DNA from: a virus
Taxonomy: Duplodnaviria > Caudoviricetes
Reading direction: 5' to 3' (one strand)
Length of the DNA: 53,877 bases
IMG/VR virus record: IMGVR_UViG_3300046170_000029
Location: 1 to 53,877 of that record
In this document: positions 21,040 through 32,155 of the stretch, piece after piece
Numbering within the stretch: position 1 is the first letter of the stretch
Layout: the number at the start of each line of letters is the position of its first letter
Translations under genes and position numbers: made by a program
The notes under the pieces: model-generated
What the model saw: the letters and a program-made list of their open reading frames with translations, nothing else
Told to the model about the DNA's origin: nothing
Database searches by the model: none

Positions 21040-21614
21040 TAGTTCACCTCATCAGGAAAGTCATATATAGGTGCATTTCCTGTTGGAACATTATTTTCAT
21101 CTACAGGTGTTACAAACAGTGCCTTGAACTCATCAAGTGTAGTACAAGCATTAATGGCTGTTTCTATTGTGCCTGTAGCAGTTCTGACCGCTGCTCTGTA
21201 TGTTGCAATATCTGTGGGTATTGCTGTGCCTGTCTCAGCTTTACGAGTTGCATACCAATCTGTGCTTGCTAGTAGACTATTAGCAGTTGATTTGGTTTGA
21301 GCAATCCAAGTTGACTTTAAACCTTTAGTAACTGTCTGATTGCCATCATCATCTAGCATAGGATTACCATCTTCATCAACATCATTAACATCATCTAAAC
21401 TTTTTGGTACATCTTTTGCCCAATAGAATGTTGAATCAAAGCTAGTGTCTTCTTCGTCTTGCCATACTAGACCATTACTAGCTTTGTCTTCATCAGACCA
21501 AATCATCCAGTTTTTAGGATGGACTACATCAAAGCTATTACCATCTTCATCAGTAGCCGAGCCAACCCAACTGCGACCTGCTTTTATTTCTGTTCCATTG
21601 TATAACCAAGCCAT
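21039..21614 (-). CDS. Tail fibre-associated/assembly chaperone-like protein
   Basis: ANSLLASTDWYATRKAETGTAIP..IATYRAAVR; follows the receptor-binding protein. Confidence 0.6.
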   Translation of the reverse strand: MAWLYNGTEIKAGRSWVGSATDEDGNSFDVVHPKNWMIWSDEDKASNGLVWQDEEDTSFDSTFYWAKDVPKSLDDVNDVDEDGNPMLDDDGNQTVTKGLKSTWIAQTKSTANSLLASTDWYATRKAETGTAIPTDIATYRAAVRTATGTIETAINACTTLDEFKALFVTPVDENNVPTGNAPIYDFPDEVN

Positions 21615-21626
21615 TATTATTTTCTC

Positions 21627-24023
21627 CTATCTTGCATTAGCGTATTTAAAAGGTTGCTCTGCGAAAGCTATGTAAATATAAGTTTCACCATTACCATTAG
21701 TTCTGCCATCACCACTTCTAATTTTAAAACCATTAGATGTTAAATCTACATCACTACCCCATGGTGGTGTACCATCAGACTGACTACTGTCTGTAACAAG
21801 GTCTGTTTTTGCAGGATTATAGGCGTTTTGTCTCAATCTATCATACAAAAACCAACTTCTACCCCCATTTGTTCCTTTAAGTATTAAAAAAGCAGGTTTA
21901 AATCCAGTGTAGATAAACGTACCATTTGCCGATGAACCATTTCCCTTGTAAGTGCCTATACTTGAATAGCCCTCTACCTCGTGAAAACAATATGCAACGA
22001 AGTTACCTGAAGATTGATTGATGTGACCATCATTTCCTATTGTGTAAGTCGATGAACCAACTGCCTTAACAGTCTGTGAGTTTGATGTTGTGCCATCACC
22101 TGCATTTAATCTCAAATAACCACCTGTGCCTACATTTTTATGAAATACGGGCCATAACCAACCACTTCCCGGAGAACCACCTTGTCTAAATTTTGTGATA
22201 ATCATATCAGGTGCTTGGGATAATCCATGACCAATAGTTGCACCACTAGTTGCATTACCTGTGTAGGTGAGAATACTAAATCCTGCTTCTTGGTTTGCAC
22301 TTACTGAAGATGTGATAGAGCCATTGGTATTGCTTGATGCACTTCCTCCTGCTTTCCAACTCCAAGCAACATAAGTTCTCCCAGAGGTGTTTACGTCACC
22401 ACCAGAACCAGAACCATTAAGGTCATATCCATCCGAAGCAAAATCAACAAAGCCATTTGCTACAGTTGATTCGTTATCTGTACTATTTGGAAATAGACGT
22501 TTACCCGCACCACGAACAATGTCATGTACTTCATGAGATGTTCCATTGCTTCTTGACTTGAACCATCCCCAATCAGGTTGAAATCCAACGCCTGTTACCG
22601 TTCTAACTCCACCTGTTCCAGTATATAGCACAGTATTAAAATAATCTTTTGCACTTTCATCTTCATCATTATCTATCGCAGCAGTTAGGTTAGCACTACA
22701 TAAAGCTAAATAACCACTAGGAGGTGTATAATAAAAGTCACCTTGTCCGTTAGAGTCGGTGTTACCTTGAGCCGTTACACCACCTGAAAATGAACTATCC
22801 TGACCAAAGTTGATATTTAATTTAGAAGTACCTGCGTTAGCTCTACAATAAATAATTGGAACCCAATCTCCTTCAGGTAGGTTAGTTTTTGCATTACCCT
22901 GACTTGTATTATTCTTACGAAAAGAAATAGTTGTGTTGTCTAAGTCTAACTCAACACCTATTATCTCTCCTCCTGCTTGCCAAGATGCACCATAACTACT
23001 CTGAGAGCCATCGTACCTAAATTGTCCGTTGTCTCTATATATAGCTTCTTTTAATGTATTTACATCCGCAAAGCCAACACCATCTGTCCTAGCACCAGCT
23101 TCTGGTTTGTAAACTTCAAAATACCATTTGCCACTTCTAACACTTGTAGTTCCATATGCTTCACTATTTGTACCAGTGCTTAATCTTAATGCTCCATCAA
23201 TAGCTGTTGCAAAAACATTATGTACTACACCATCACTTTTACCTTCATTGTGCATAGTGCAAAAGTTATTTTCAGGGCAGTCAGGAACGTAGTCATGTGA
23301 GCTTACATTAAATGTAGTAAAGTTATTACCATTACCGCTGCTATCATTACCATTACCATTGAACTCTAGTCTAAAACCATTAGTGCCATATGAACCACTA
23401 TATTGTTTTGGTATCCAAATATCATTTATAGTTTCACCAAATGCTGTAGGAGCTTGTGACGAACCAACATTATTAAATTCAGCTATGTAACCATCATAAT
23501 GATTAGCAACATTGCCTTGCTGATAACCTATCCTGTGACTACTTGTGTTATTCCAAAAAGCAACATTATAGTTTTGCGATGGATAACTAGACGTGGCAAA
23601 GGATGTTTCTTGCTCACCATTGATGTAAAGGCGAACTCTATTTGAAGATGTACCTTGAGTAGTATCTACCCTTACAACAATATGATACCAAGCACCTACA
23701 TCCCTAAAAAGCCTATTTGTTCTTAAGTCTATGTTTCTATTGTTACTTGGTCTGTCAGTAAACAGAAGCTGATGTGAGTTTTCAAACAACAGAGCAGTTT
23801 GGTTGTCCTTTGAGTGATTTGCCTCAAAAATACCTTGCAAGCCTATATTGCTACGCTTAACCCAACAAGATACTGTAAAGGTCTGTCTGTTTGCTGCACT
23901 AGATGGAGTTCTTTGTAAATAAGCACTGCTTGCATCATCAAACCTTAATGACTGCGTAGCTACACCGCTGTAAAAGCCTGTGCTAGGGTTGTACATCCAT
24001 GATGGTGAATTAGTAAGAGACAT
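21627..24023 (-). CDS. Tail/receptor-binding protein with LamG (ConA-like) and SPRY-like domains
   Basis: TFTVSCWVKR, AWYHIVV..D, RLYING (LamG); SGKWYFEV, IIGVELDLDN (SPRY); C-terminal VGFQPDWGWFKSR / TGFKPAFLILK repeats. Confidence 0.8.
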   Translation of the reverse strand: MSLTNSPSWMYNPSTGFYSGVATQSLRFDDASSAYLQRTPSSAANRQTFTVSCWVKRSNIGLQGIFEANHSKDNQTALLFENSHQLLFTDRPSNNRNIDLRTNRLFRDVGAWYHIVVRVDTTQGTSSNRVRLYINGEQETSFATSSYPSQNYNVAFWNNTSSHRIGYQQGNVANHYDGYIAEFNNVGSSQAPTAFGETINDIWIPKQYSGSYGTNGFRLEFNGNGNDSSGNGNNFTTFNVSSHDYVPDCPENNFCTMHNEGKSDGVVHNVFATAIDGALRLSTGTNSEAYGTTSVRSGKWYFEVYKPEAGARTDGVGFADVNTLKEAIYRDNGQFRYDGSQSSYGASWQAGGEIIGVELDLDNTTISFRKNNTSQGNAKTNLPEGDWVPIIYCRANAGTSKLNINFGQDSSFSGGVTAQGNTDSNGQGDFYYTPPSGYLALCSANLTAAIDNDEDESAKDYFNTVLYTGTGGVRTVTGVGFQPDWGWFKSRSNGTSHEVHDIVRGAGKRLFPNSTDNESTVANGFVDFASDGYDLNGSGSGGDVNTSGRTYVAWSWKAGGSASSNTNGSITSSVSANQEAGFSILTYTGNATSGATIGHGLSQAPDMIITKFRQGGSPGSGWLWPVFHKNVGTGGYLRLNAGDGTTSNSQTVKAVGSSTYTIGNDGHINQSSGNFVAYCFHEVEGYSSIGTYKGNGSSANGTFIYTGFKPAFLILKGTNGGRSWFLYDRLRQNAYNPAKTDLVTDSSQSDGTPPWGSDVDLTSNGFKIRSGDGRTNGNGETYIYIAFAEQPFKYANAR

Positions 24024-24035
24024 GTGTTTCCTTTA

Positions 24036-26321
24036 TTAACTAACTGCTAGTTGTGGTGTTCCAAGTATAATGTTTCCACTAGACCTTACATAGTAGGGAA
24101 CGATGTCAACTGCACCTGATGTGCCTGATAGAGTAAGACCTGCACCACCTACTGTTTCATATTGTGCACCTACTGATACAGTTCTACCTGCTCCACTGTG
24201 AATAAATACAAATACACCTGACATACCTGCCACTTCAGTAGTTGGACTACCTAGTGTTATGTTGCCTGTAAGTGTTAAAACAAAGCTATTATAAACGTTC
24301 ATGTTTGGAGTTATAGCAGATGAAACGCTTGTTGTCTGTACATTACCTACACTGTTAGCACCAAGAAGTAGATAGCTATCATTGACCTCAAGCATCTCTG
24401 TGCCACCAGTAACAACACGCCATTGATTTGCCGCATGGAACTGGGTGTAAGTGTCTGTGTCACCTTCGTGATAAATAGCACCTGCAAGATATATAGTGTC
24501 TACTGCATTGATAACACCATTTATGTTGATACCACTTGATGTGGTGTTTAGTTTTGAAACAGCATTATGATAAAGTGTTACTGTTCCACCAGTACCAGTG
24601 TCATCAAATACTGCAAAATTATTTCCTTCTCTATCTTGAAGGTAAACGTCTGTTCCACGAATTACCAAAGAGCCAGTTCCAATATCTTCAATGTAGCTAT
24701 TAGACCCATCGTGTCTAAGCTGAAGGTCATCGCTAGAACCAATTAATATATCATCATTATCTTGAAGGTCTATATTACCACCCATTGTGAGTGTGCCACT
24801 GATATTAGCTGCACCATCAATGTCTAGGCTGTCTGCTTGCAGTTCACCTGTAATGTCCACGCCATCTGACTTAGTAGCAAATTTTTCTACATTGTTATAC
24901 CTTAATGAAACTTTACCATCATCATTAAATACAGCATAGTATTCACCCCCATCACCTGAACGAAAATTTATTGTACTAGAACCATCAATGAAAAGATTAC
25001 CTGTGCCATTGTCTTTGATAATACTATTGCTACCATCATGATAAATCTGTAAATCTTGGCTAGAACCTAATTGTAATATGTCACCGTCTTGTAGGTTTAC
25101 ATTATTGTGCATAGTTAGCTGACCACTAATATCAGCATTGCCATTGATATCTAAGGTAGTCGCTTCAAGTTCACCAGTGATAAGGACACCATCTGATTTG
25201 GTGGCGAGTTTTAAGTCACCACTATATCTTAAACTAACTGCACCTGCATCGTTAAATTCAGCAAGAGAAGTGCCATCTGTTGCATCAAATTCTATATTTG
25301 TTCCTTGTATAACTAATGCACCAGTACCTTGTTCATATATATGACTTTTACCAGTAGCAGCATCATGGTAAATTTGTAAGTCATTACTTGCACCAAATAA
25401 AGCTCCTTTGCCATCAACAAAACTAATATTATTACCCATAGCAAGTGTGCCACTAATATCAGCATTGCCATCTACATCAAGACTATCTGACTGTAGTTCT
25501 CCAGTGATGTCTACGCCATCTGTTTTGGTGGCGAGTTTGGCTGAATTATTATGATAAAGTGTAACTGCACCATTTGCGATAGCATTAAAATATGTTTCGC
25601 CAGTTGATGTTGCTTGAAGCTCTAAGTTCTCTCCATAAATTTTAAGATTCCCTGTACCTGCATCACTAATAATACTTTCAGTACCAGTGTGATAAATCTG
25701 TAAATCATCACCTGCACCAAAGATTGCTTTATCGTTATCGCCTAGATTAAGATTAGCTGAAAGGGTAGTCTCACCTGTAACACCAAGAGTACCTGCTACC
25801 TGTATATTATTAGCAAGTTTATCTCCTGTAACAGCATCGTTGGCTATATGAGCAGTATCAATACTACCATCTACGTAGTGTTCAGAGTCTATAGAATCAT
25901 CTGCTATTTTAGTACCATCTACGATATCAGCAGCAAGATGAACTCTGTCAATTGAACCATCTGTATAATGTTCTGAATCAACTGCATTATCAGCTAACTT
26001 TGTTCCGTCAATAGCATCTGCTGCAATCTTGGCAGTTGTAACTTGTAAGTTGCCTATGTGAGCAGTGTCAATTGACCCATCTACATAATGTTCAGAATTA
26101 ATTGAATCATCAGCTATCTTTGTTCCATCAATAGCGTCTGCTGCTATTCCTGCTGTGTCAATCTGTGGTCCTTCACCACTTGTTCCATCGTGTGAGTGTC
26201 CTGTTGTACCGTTAAACGCAGCTTGTACCGCATCAAACTCTCCATCAAGGTCTGAAGCATTAATAACGTTACCATCAGCAATGTTATTAGATGTATCGTT
26301 ACGTGTGTAGCCTGTTCCCAT
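24036..26321 (-). CDS. Tail fibre protein with internal repeats
   Basis: N-terminal anchor ending GHSHDGTSGEG; three DGTKIADD..SEHY.DGSID repeats; four DLQIYH...GTG.L modules. Confidence 0.8.
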   Translation of the reverse strand: MGTGYTRNDTSNNIADGNVINASDLDGEFDAVQAAFNGTTGHSHDGTSGEGPQIDTAGIAADAIDGTKIADDSINSEHYVDGSIDTAHIGNLQVTTAKIAADAIDGTKLADNAVDSEHYTDGSIDRVHLAADIVDGTKIADDSIDSEHYVDGSIDTAHIANDAVTGDKLANNIQVAGTLGVTGETTLSANLNLGDNDKAIFGAGDDLQIYHTGTESIISDAGTGNLKIYGENLELQATSTGETYFNAIANGAVTLYHNNSAKLATKTDGVDITGELQSDSLDVDGNADISGTLAMGNNISFVDGKGALFGASNDLQIYHDAATGKSHIYEQGTGALVIQGTNIEFDATDGTSLAEFNDAGAVSLRYSGDLKLATKSDGVLITGELEATTLDINGNADISGQLTMHNNVNLQDGDILQLGSSQDLQIYHDGSNSIIKDNGTGNLFIDGSSTINFRSGDGGEYYAVFNDDGKVSLRYNNVEKFATKSDGVDITGELQADSLDIDGAANISGTLTMGGNIDLQDNDDILIGSSDDLQLRHDGSNSYIEDIGTGSLVIRGTDVYLQDREGNNFAVFDDTGTGGTVTLYHNAVSKLNTTSSGININGVINAVDTIYLAGAIYHEGDTDTYTQFHAANQWRVVTGGTEMLEVNDSYLLLGANSVGNVQTTSVSSAITPNMNVYNSFVLTLTGNITLGSPTTEVAGMSGVFVFIHSGAGRTVSVGAQYETVGGAGLTLSGTSGAVDIVPYYVRSSGNIILGTPQLAVS

Positions 26322-26323
26322 AT

Positions 26324-27848
26324 CTATCTCCTAGCGTTAGTAATATACTGCAGGGTGGCAGCATCTATGGTAAACACAGCGTCTGTGTTAGTTCCTGTGG
26401 TTTCATATAATATTGACACTGTAAATCCTGAACCTATTGTCTGTACTTCATATATAGCTTTTTGCTTGCTTCCAAATAAAGATGTTCCATATATACCTGA
26501 ACCATATGTTATGGATGCCGCTGCATCACTTGACAATATTGAATCAGGTTGAATACTTGATGGTTGGTCAAAGTCAAACTTGAGAGAAAACTCAAGGTCA
26601 AAGTCACCGTTTACATCTAAGTACGTTGTTCCCTTATATATTGTCTTTCTAACATTTGGGTCTCCTAATGGAATAAAAGGAGTAGCAAATGTAGCAGGAA
26701 TATCTGTTCCAGCAAATGAGTTACCCTGTTCCATCTGATAGACATAACCATCAGTAGCACCAAAGTAAATACGTTCTGCAAAACCATCATATTCACTATA
26801 AGTTACAAAAGCATTAAAGCCACGTAAATCATTGAAAGCTAATCCACTTTCTAATTGGGTTGCTCCAATTGCTTTTGCCGAGTCATTTGTGTATGTTGTA
26901 TTATACCCAAATATTCTATATTGACTTTTCTCACGAATAACTGTACTTGAAAAACCATTAGGACTACTAGCAATTAAATCTAATATTTCAACCTGTATAG
27001 TTTTTGATACAGAAGCAAGACTAAAGTCACCTATTCTATCTGTGGCTGAAAATAATCTTAAACCATCAGGTCCTAAGAATATGACATCACCACCTATCTC
27101 TTGAATGGTATCTTCAGCTACACAACCTAAATCACGAGATACAGGTTGCATTTGAAAATCAACTACACTATTACCATTAAGTACATTTATACTACTTTCG
27201 CTAAATATAATTAATTGTTCACGGAAAACGATTAAACCTGTAATTGTATCCGTTACATTAATTATACCACCACCACTAGCAATTGTCAAGTCATTATCTT
27301 GATAAGGTGCAGTATAAGCTATCTTTTTTCCGTTACCAAAGAATATATGGTTTTTAAAATTGACTACAAAACTTGCACCCTGAAACATCTGAAGGTAGAG
27401 AAGTTAATTGTTCAAATGTAGTTCCATCAAATCTAAAGGGCTTACCTGTACCATCAACAAGCATTAGTTTCTCTGTACCATCAAAGTCGTACTTGAGAAA
27501 TCTTACTTTGCCTGTTCCACCGATTGTAACACCTGCACTGTTATAAGTTGCATTGTCACTTATCTGTGTCCATCCTGAACCACTAGACCTAAATAGGTCA
27601 TTTCCTCTTACAGCATATACTTGATTATCATATCTTACTATACCTCTGATAACACCCGTATTAGGTACAGTAGCAGTATCAAACTTTTCATATCCTTCTA
27701 CTCTTGTGTAACCACCAAATATAGAAGGCTCAAAGTTACGCAGTATACGTGCTGAACCGGGTGCTTGAAATCCTTGCTGATAAGGAGAAAGGTTTGTTAT
27801 CAAGCCACCTTTAAATTCAAATGAATGGGTTTGCCATGCGTCTGCCAT
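26324..27848 (-). CDS. Tail hub/nozzle (P22 gp10/tubular B-like beta-propeller), apparent frameshift ~27380
   Basis: FKGGLIT..ARILRNFEP; DLGCVAEDTIQEIGGDVIFLGPDGLR; halves join after removing one G. Confidence 0.7.
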
Positions 27849-28577
27849 TAGATAACAGACCTAGAAAATCCCATCCTACCACCACCTGTATTCTGTGGTA
27901 TCATTGTAGAACGCAAGTAATATGTTCTGTTGATTAATACAATACGCATATTCTTTATACCTTCATCAAACTTTTGTTTGGCTACCATTGCGTCTTGTGA
28001 ATTACCACGGAATAAATAAGCATAGTGCATTGCACCATCAACAATAATATGTTTAAATCTTTCAGGAACAGCAGGAACATCATCGTGCAAAATTAAATCT
28101 ACAGGAACACGATAGTATTCATACACAAGTGTATATGCCTTATCGGGTTCAGGAGTAAGTATATATTCTAAAGCAGGTCCATGTGCTACCATCTGTGGCA
28201 CACCACTTCTACCATTAGTATTGTATTCTTGGTCTACATACTTATCTAAGTATTCTTCATAAGCTATGATGCCTAGTTTTGTTGTTGCATTGCCTAGTGT
28301 TGTGTCTTCTTTTATTCTAAAGCTATCAAAGTCCACTAGCTTTGCATCTTGGGGGAAATGAGTATCTTGTTACGTTAGCAGATAAAACATCTTCTTGTTC
28401 TACATGATTAAAGGGCCAATTAAATTCATGTTGATTAATATCACGAAGAGATGCATTGATTGCATCTTTCACTTGAGCATAAAAACCTGTAGCAGTAGAA
28501 AAGTTACTTGAAGTAAGTTCTGTTTCATTTAGTCTGCGATTTACTTGATTGACAAGTTCTAGATAATTATAAGCCAT
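27848..28577 (-). CDS. Head-tail adaptor (tubular A-like), apparent frameshift ~28352
   Basis: MAYNYLELVNQVNRRLNE..WPF and PEPDKAY..YEYY..VPERFKHIIVDGA; halves join after removing one C. Confidence 0.7.
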
Positions 28578-28921
28578 TAATTTTCCCTTATTCGCATCTT
28601 AACAGTTCTTTCAGCTTGACTTCCTGTACTGTCTACTATGTTACAAGTAAATATATATTCACGATTAAGTACTCCACCACCTAAATTAATAGTGGCTACT
28701 GTATTTGTATTAGTTTGAGCTATGTTTTGTATACTGTCAGTTACAGCATTAGATGACGCAGTTGTTAGTGTTTGTCCTGCAGCTAATGTTGTCTTACCTA
28801 TTTCAGGTGTTTGAACTGACCATGTAACAGAAGATATTGTAGCAGTATCTAAAAACCTAGACCAATCTATACTATAATCTAAACTTTCATCTGGGTCTTT
28901 TGTTGTCCAACGAAATGACAT
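28577..28921 (-). CDS. Fibre-tail adaptor-like virion protein
   Basis: KDPDESLDYSIDWSRFL..ISSVTW motif. Confidence 0.65.
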   Translation of the reverse strand: MSFRWTTKDPDESLDYSIDWSRFLDTATISSVTWSVQTPEIGKTTLAAGQTLTTASSNAVTDSIQNIAQTNTNTVATINLGGGVLNREYIFTCNIVDSTGSQAERTVKMRIREN

Positions 28922-28930
28922 TAAGTTCTC

Positions 28931-29801
28931 CTATGCAGCAGCTCTTCGTTCAGCCACTGTATCTTGTCTTGGTACGTATACAACTCTTTTTCTGTCGTAG
29001 TCAGCAGCAACAAAATTAAAAGTAACTCCTGTAGCTGTGACTGTGCCAATTGAAAATGTTCCTACAACACCTGTTACTGTAAAGCTGTTACTAAATGCTA
29101 ATGTACCAATAGCACCTGTTGCTTGTACACCTGTTGCTATTCGTTCTAGTGGTTGGTCTTCTACTTCACCAATCTGACCTACACCTTCAACACCTGTTAC
29201 TACAAACGAGTTACTAAGTGCTACTGTACCTATGCTACCTGTTGCGGATACGCTAGATACTTTTTCAGATATATTAACTTGAATAGAACCTAGTGCTGTA
29301 GTACCTTGGACACCTATGGCAAATGGCTCATCCACATTAGGACTTACCACACCTATAGAACCTGTCATAGGTGAACCTGTTATAGGAACACGGTTAACAG
29401 ACCTAATATTAAGTGTACCAATAGTAAAAGTCGCAGATATACTGTCTACTTTTTCTGATACTGTATGCTGTGGTTCAGTAAGACCTGTACCTGTAGTAGC
29501 TTCTACACCTGTAATACCAAAAGCAATGTTTGGTGAAACTGTACCAATTTGTCCAGTACCTGCTACACCTGTAAGAGTTACAGTGTTAGCAAACTCAAGT
29601 GTACCTATAGAGCCTGTAAGAGCATTAGGACCATACAAAGGTTCTGTGATATCTACTTCAAATGCATTTATATGTAAAGTACGAGTAAGAGCAGTTGCAC
29701 TTACACCTGTTACAGAAACAGTAGGAGTTACAATGCCATAGCTTGCAGCTCCATATTGTCCAGTACCATAAATAGGCATCAGCAGTATCATAGAACGCCA
29801 T
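28931..29801 (-). CDS. Gly/Thr/Val-rich repetitive virion fibre protein (true start probably 29801; apparent frameshift ~29775)
   Basis: Repeats VTGV.ATG.IGT; AAGGAG RBS before ATG 29801 (MAFYDTADA-IYGTG). Confidence 0.65.
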
Positions 29802-29812
29802 GTTCTACTCCT

Positions 29813-30251
29813 TTAAGCTATACGTACAATAGCGTTTGATGCGTCAGCAGTTGGGAACTCTATAGTTAAATCACCTGCAGTAGCAGACACTGTACCACCA
29901 AAGTCAATGACAGCAGATAGCAGAGTTACTGTTTGCAGTGTTATATATAATACAACCATCAGCAGATACGGTTACGTTACTAAATACTTCGTCAGTAAAG
30001 TCTACAGTAGCAGTTGTGCCATCTACAGCGATAGTTGCACCATCTAGTGCTTGACCACCTGCAGTATAGTTCGTACCGCTTGCTTCATCAGAGTTACCTG
30101 TTACGTCAGAATAGTTAGTTGTAGCAGCACCATATGTACCTGTTGGTGATTCTTTAATAAGTGCTAGTTTAAGTGAATCAGTATCAAGGTCGTGTAGACC
30201 ACCTAATAACTCAGACTTAAAACTTGTGCACATTGCAGTCGTGATAGCCAT
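29813..30251 (-). CDS. Virion structural protein (apparent frameshift ~29915)
   Basis: MAITTAMCTSFKSELL..NYTAGG..; reading continues AVIDFGGTVSATAGDLTIEFPTADASNAIVRIA* after removing one T. Confidence 0.7.
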
Positions 30252-30276
30252 TTATAATCTCCTATAATATCACATA

Positions 30277-30309
30277 AAGTAAGGGCAACCCTAAAGCTGC
30301 CCTTCACTT
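30277..30309 (-). terminator. Rho-independent terminator after capsid/decoration genes
   Basis: AAGGGCAGC-TTTAGG-GTTGCCCTT hairpin followed by a T-rich run on the minus strand. Confidence 0.6.
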
Positions 30310-30317
30310 ATATTAAG

Positions 30318-30827
30318 TTAAGCTAAAGTGTCTCTATCTACTTCGTCAGCAGTCATGTCACCAAGACCGTCAACATCCATAAGTATAGCGAAAACACGTA
30401 ATACACCGTCAGATGGTGCAGTTGTAATTGAATCTAATTCTAGGTCAATTGTATCTGCAGTACCACCGATGATTACTGGAGCAGAGCCATCTGCCATAGT
30501 AGCATATGTACCTGCAGGAGCATCAGCAGCGTCAATTTCAAATCCACCAACGAATCTGTCTACGTCTCCTCCTGTAACTCCAAGACTCATTAATGCATCT
30601 GCAGAGTTACCACCTTCAACTGTTGTGATTTCAAATCCAGCAGTCATAATCATGGTATTTGCAGGTACAGTAATTGCCTGAATAATTTCGCCAGCCTCAA
30701 GAGCACTACCTTTTGCAGTTACTGCAGCGGCTAGGTCTATTGATTTCTCAACGAAATACGGTTGTCTACCTCTTGCAGAAGAACCTCTTGCAACAGATGC
30801 GAGTGTGGAAATTGTTCCAGCAGCCAT
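30318..30827 (-). CDS. Putative capsid decoration/cement protein
   Basis: Immediately downstream of MCP with GGAGG RBS; beta-rich VPANT.I..AGFEI..ADTIDL..G.LRVFA. Confidence 0.6.
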   Translation of the reverse strand: MAAGTISTLASVARGSSARGRQPYFVEKSIDLAAAVTAKGSALEAGEIIQAITVPANTMIMTAGFEITTVEGGNSADALMSLGVTGGDVDRFVGGFEIDAADAPAGTYATMADGSAPVIIGGTADTIDLELDSITTAPSDGVLRVFAILMDVDGLGDMTADEVDRDTLA

Positions 30828-30841
30828 GTTTCAGTCCTCCC

Positions 30842-31901
30842 TTACGCTAAGTGATAAGCACAAGTAGCGATTGCTTCTGGGCGAAGTATCTTTCTACCGT
30901 ACAAATGCATACCACGAACAATATCAGCAAAAGAATCAGGGTCTCTGTAAGTCTCTGTCTTGTTGATTTGCTCGGCAGTAGCTACTGATGAAGAATGACC
31001 AGCAACAATTATACCAAAGTCAGTAGCACTGTTCGCACCTGTATTAGATGGTCCGCTTCCGATTGCTGGTAAATTGTTTGACTGATAAACCTTGAAACCA
31101 TGTAGGTTGTTTAGGATTAAACCATTCTGTAGTCCAGTACCACCAAAGTCTGCATCAAATAATCTTGAATCTTCATCCTTTAGTACTTCTATAAATACAG
31201 GGTCTAATACTAACCATCTACCATTAGTGTCAACATTCTGTTGGTCTAATAGTCTTGACATTCTAGCTATAACAGTTAATGGGTTTCTATCTCCATTAGC
31301 AGGAGCTGCAGAAGTAGCTGCCACCTGTTCTTGGTAAGATAGCTACAGCCTCACCTGCTGAACCACCGAAGTTTCCTGCATCAAGTTTCATTGATGATAA
31401 GAGTTCGTCAGAACCTGCAGTTGAAACAGCAACAGTACCATTAGTGGTAGTATTAGCTGTATCAGGTGAACCGTGTATAGCTGATTGCTTATAACCTGAC
31501 ATATAACCAAGTACGTCTTGGTCAAATTGGTCGGCTAGTCTATAAGCTGCTCTATCTGATGCTAACTGCTGAAAGTTAATATGAGAATGAGCTTCTTCAA
31601 TGTCATCCACTTTAAATGCAAAGTAATTAGCTTTGTCAATTGTAAGTGAAAATTCTTCGTCATCAAGGTCTTGAGGAGTAATAGTTGTTCCTCTTTCATA
31701 TGCCTTGACTGTTATTTCTGGTTCTTTGATAACCTTAACGGAATCGCCCATATTAGCAATCTCACCAAAGTAATCACTGTTAGTGATAGCTTCAGCGACA
31801 GACCCCTTGCGGAAAGCAAGTTGAACCTGTTTGCTGTAAATAATAGGACTAAAATTACCGTTAGGAAGATTACCATAACCAGCTGCTGCTGTAAATGCCA
31901 T
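30842..31901 (-). CDS. Major capsid protein (apparent frameshift ~31320)
   Basis: GNFSPIIYSKQVQLAFRK..ITNSDYFGEI..GDSVKVIKEP..YFAFKVDDIE; C-terminal SFADIVRGMHLYGRKILRPEA. Confidence 0.88.
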
Positions 31902-32114
31902 TTTTAATCTCCTTAAACATTTATCAAATGTACACGGAATGTGTACTATTAGTTTTAGTCATTTTACTTTATAAGGACCATTCATGCGTTGAGGTTGTAC
32001 GTAGGATAGCGATTCCTTTGTAGGCTCACATAATTGGGTAATCTCTAAAGTTTCGGGAATAGTGCAACACAAGTAACCAAGTATGGGGTTATGTTACACT
32101 TTTAGTTATGTATA

Positions 32115-32142
32115 GTTATATACATAAATCTTTTGTTGTCAA
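32115..32142 (-). promoter_or_regulatory. Sigma70-type promoter for the capsid gene
   Basis: Minus strand TTGACA-N16-TATAAC(TAT), ~210 nt upstream of the MCP start. Confidence 0.5.
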
Positions 32143-32155
32143 CTTTATTTTTAAT

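Noticed and set aside
29660-29801. Cys/aromatic-rich peptide (MAFYDTADAYLWYWTIWSCKLWHCNSYCFCNRCKCNC...) read from ATG 29801
   Set aside because: It is the out-of-frame read of the G/T/V-rich fibre gene caused by the apparent insertion.
2073-31324. Nine split genes (helicase ~2079, PolA ~3350, exonuclease ~5878, RNR ~9562, hub ~27380, adaptor ~28352, fibre ~29775, virion protein ~29915, MCP ~31320) as programmed frameshifts or pseudogenes
   Set aside because: Each is repaired by deleting one base, mostly in short homopolymers, and they hit essential genes without a shared slippery motif. This pattern fits long-read insertion errors; read-level polishing would settle it.
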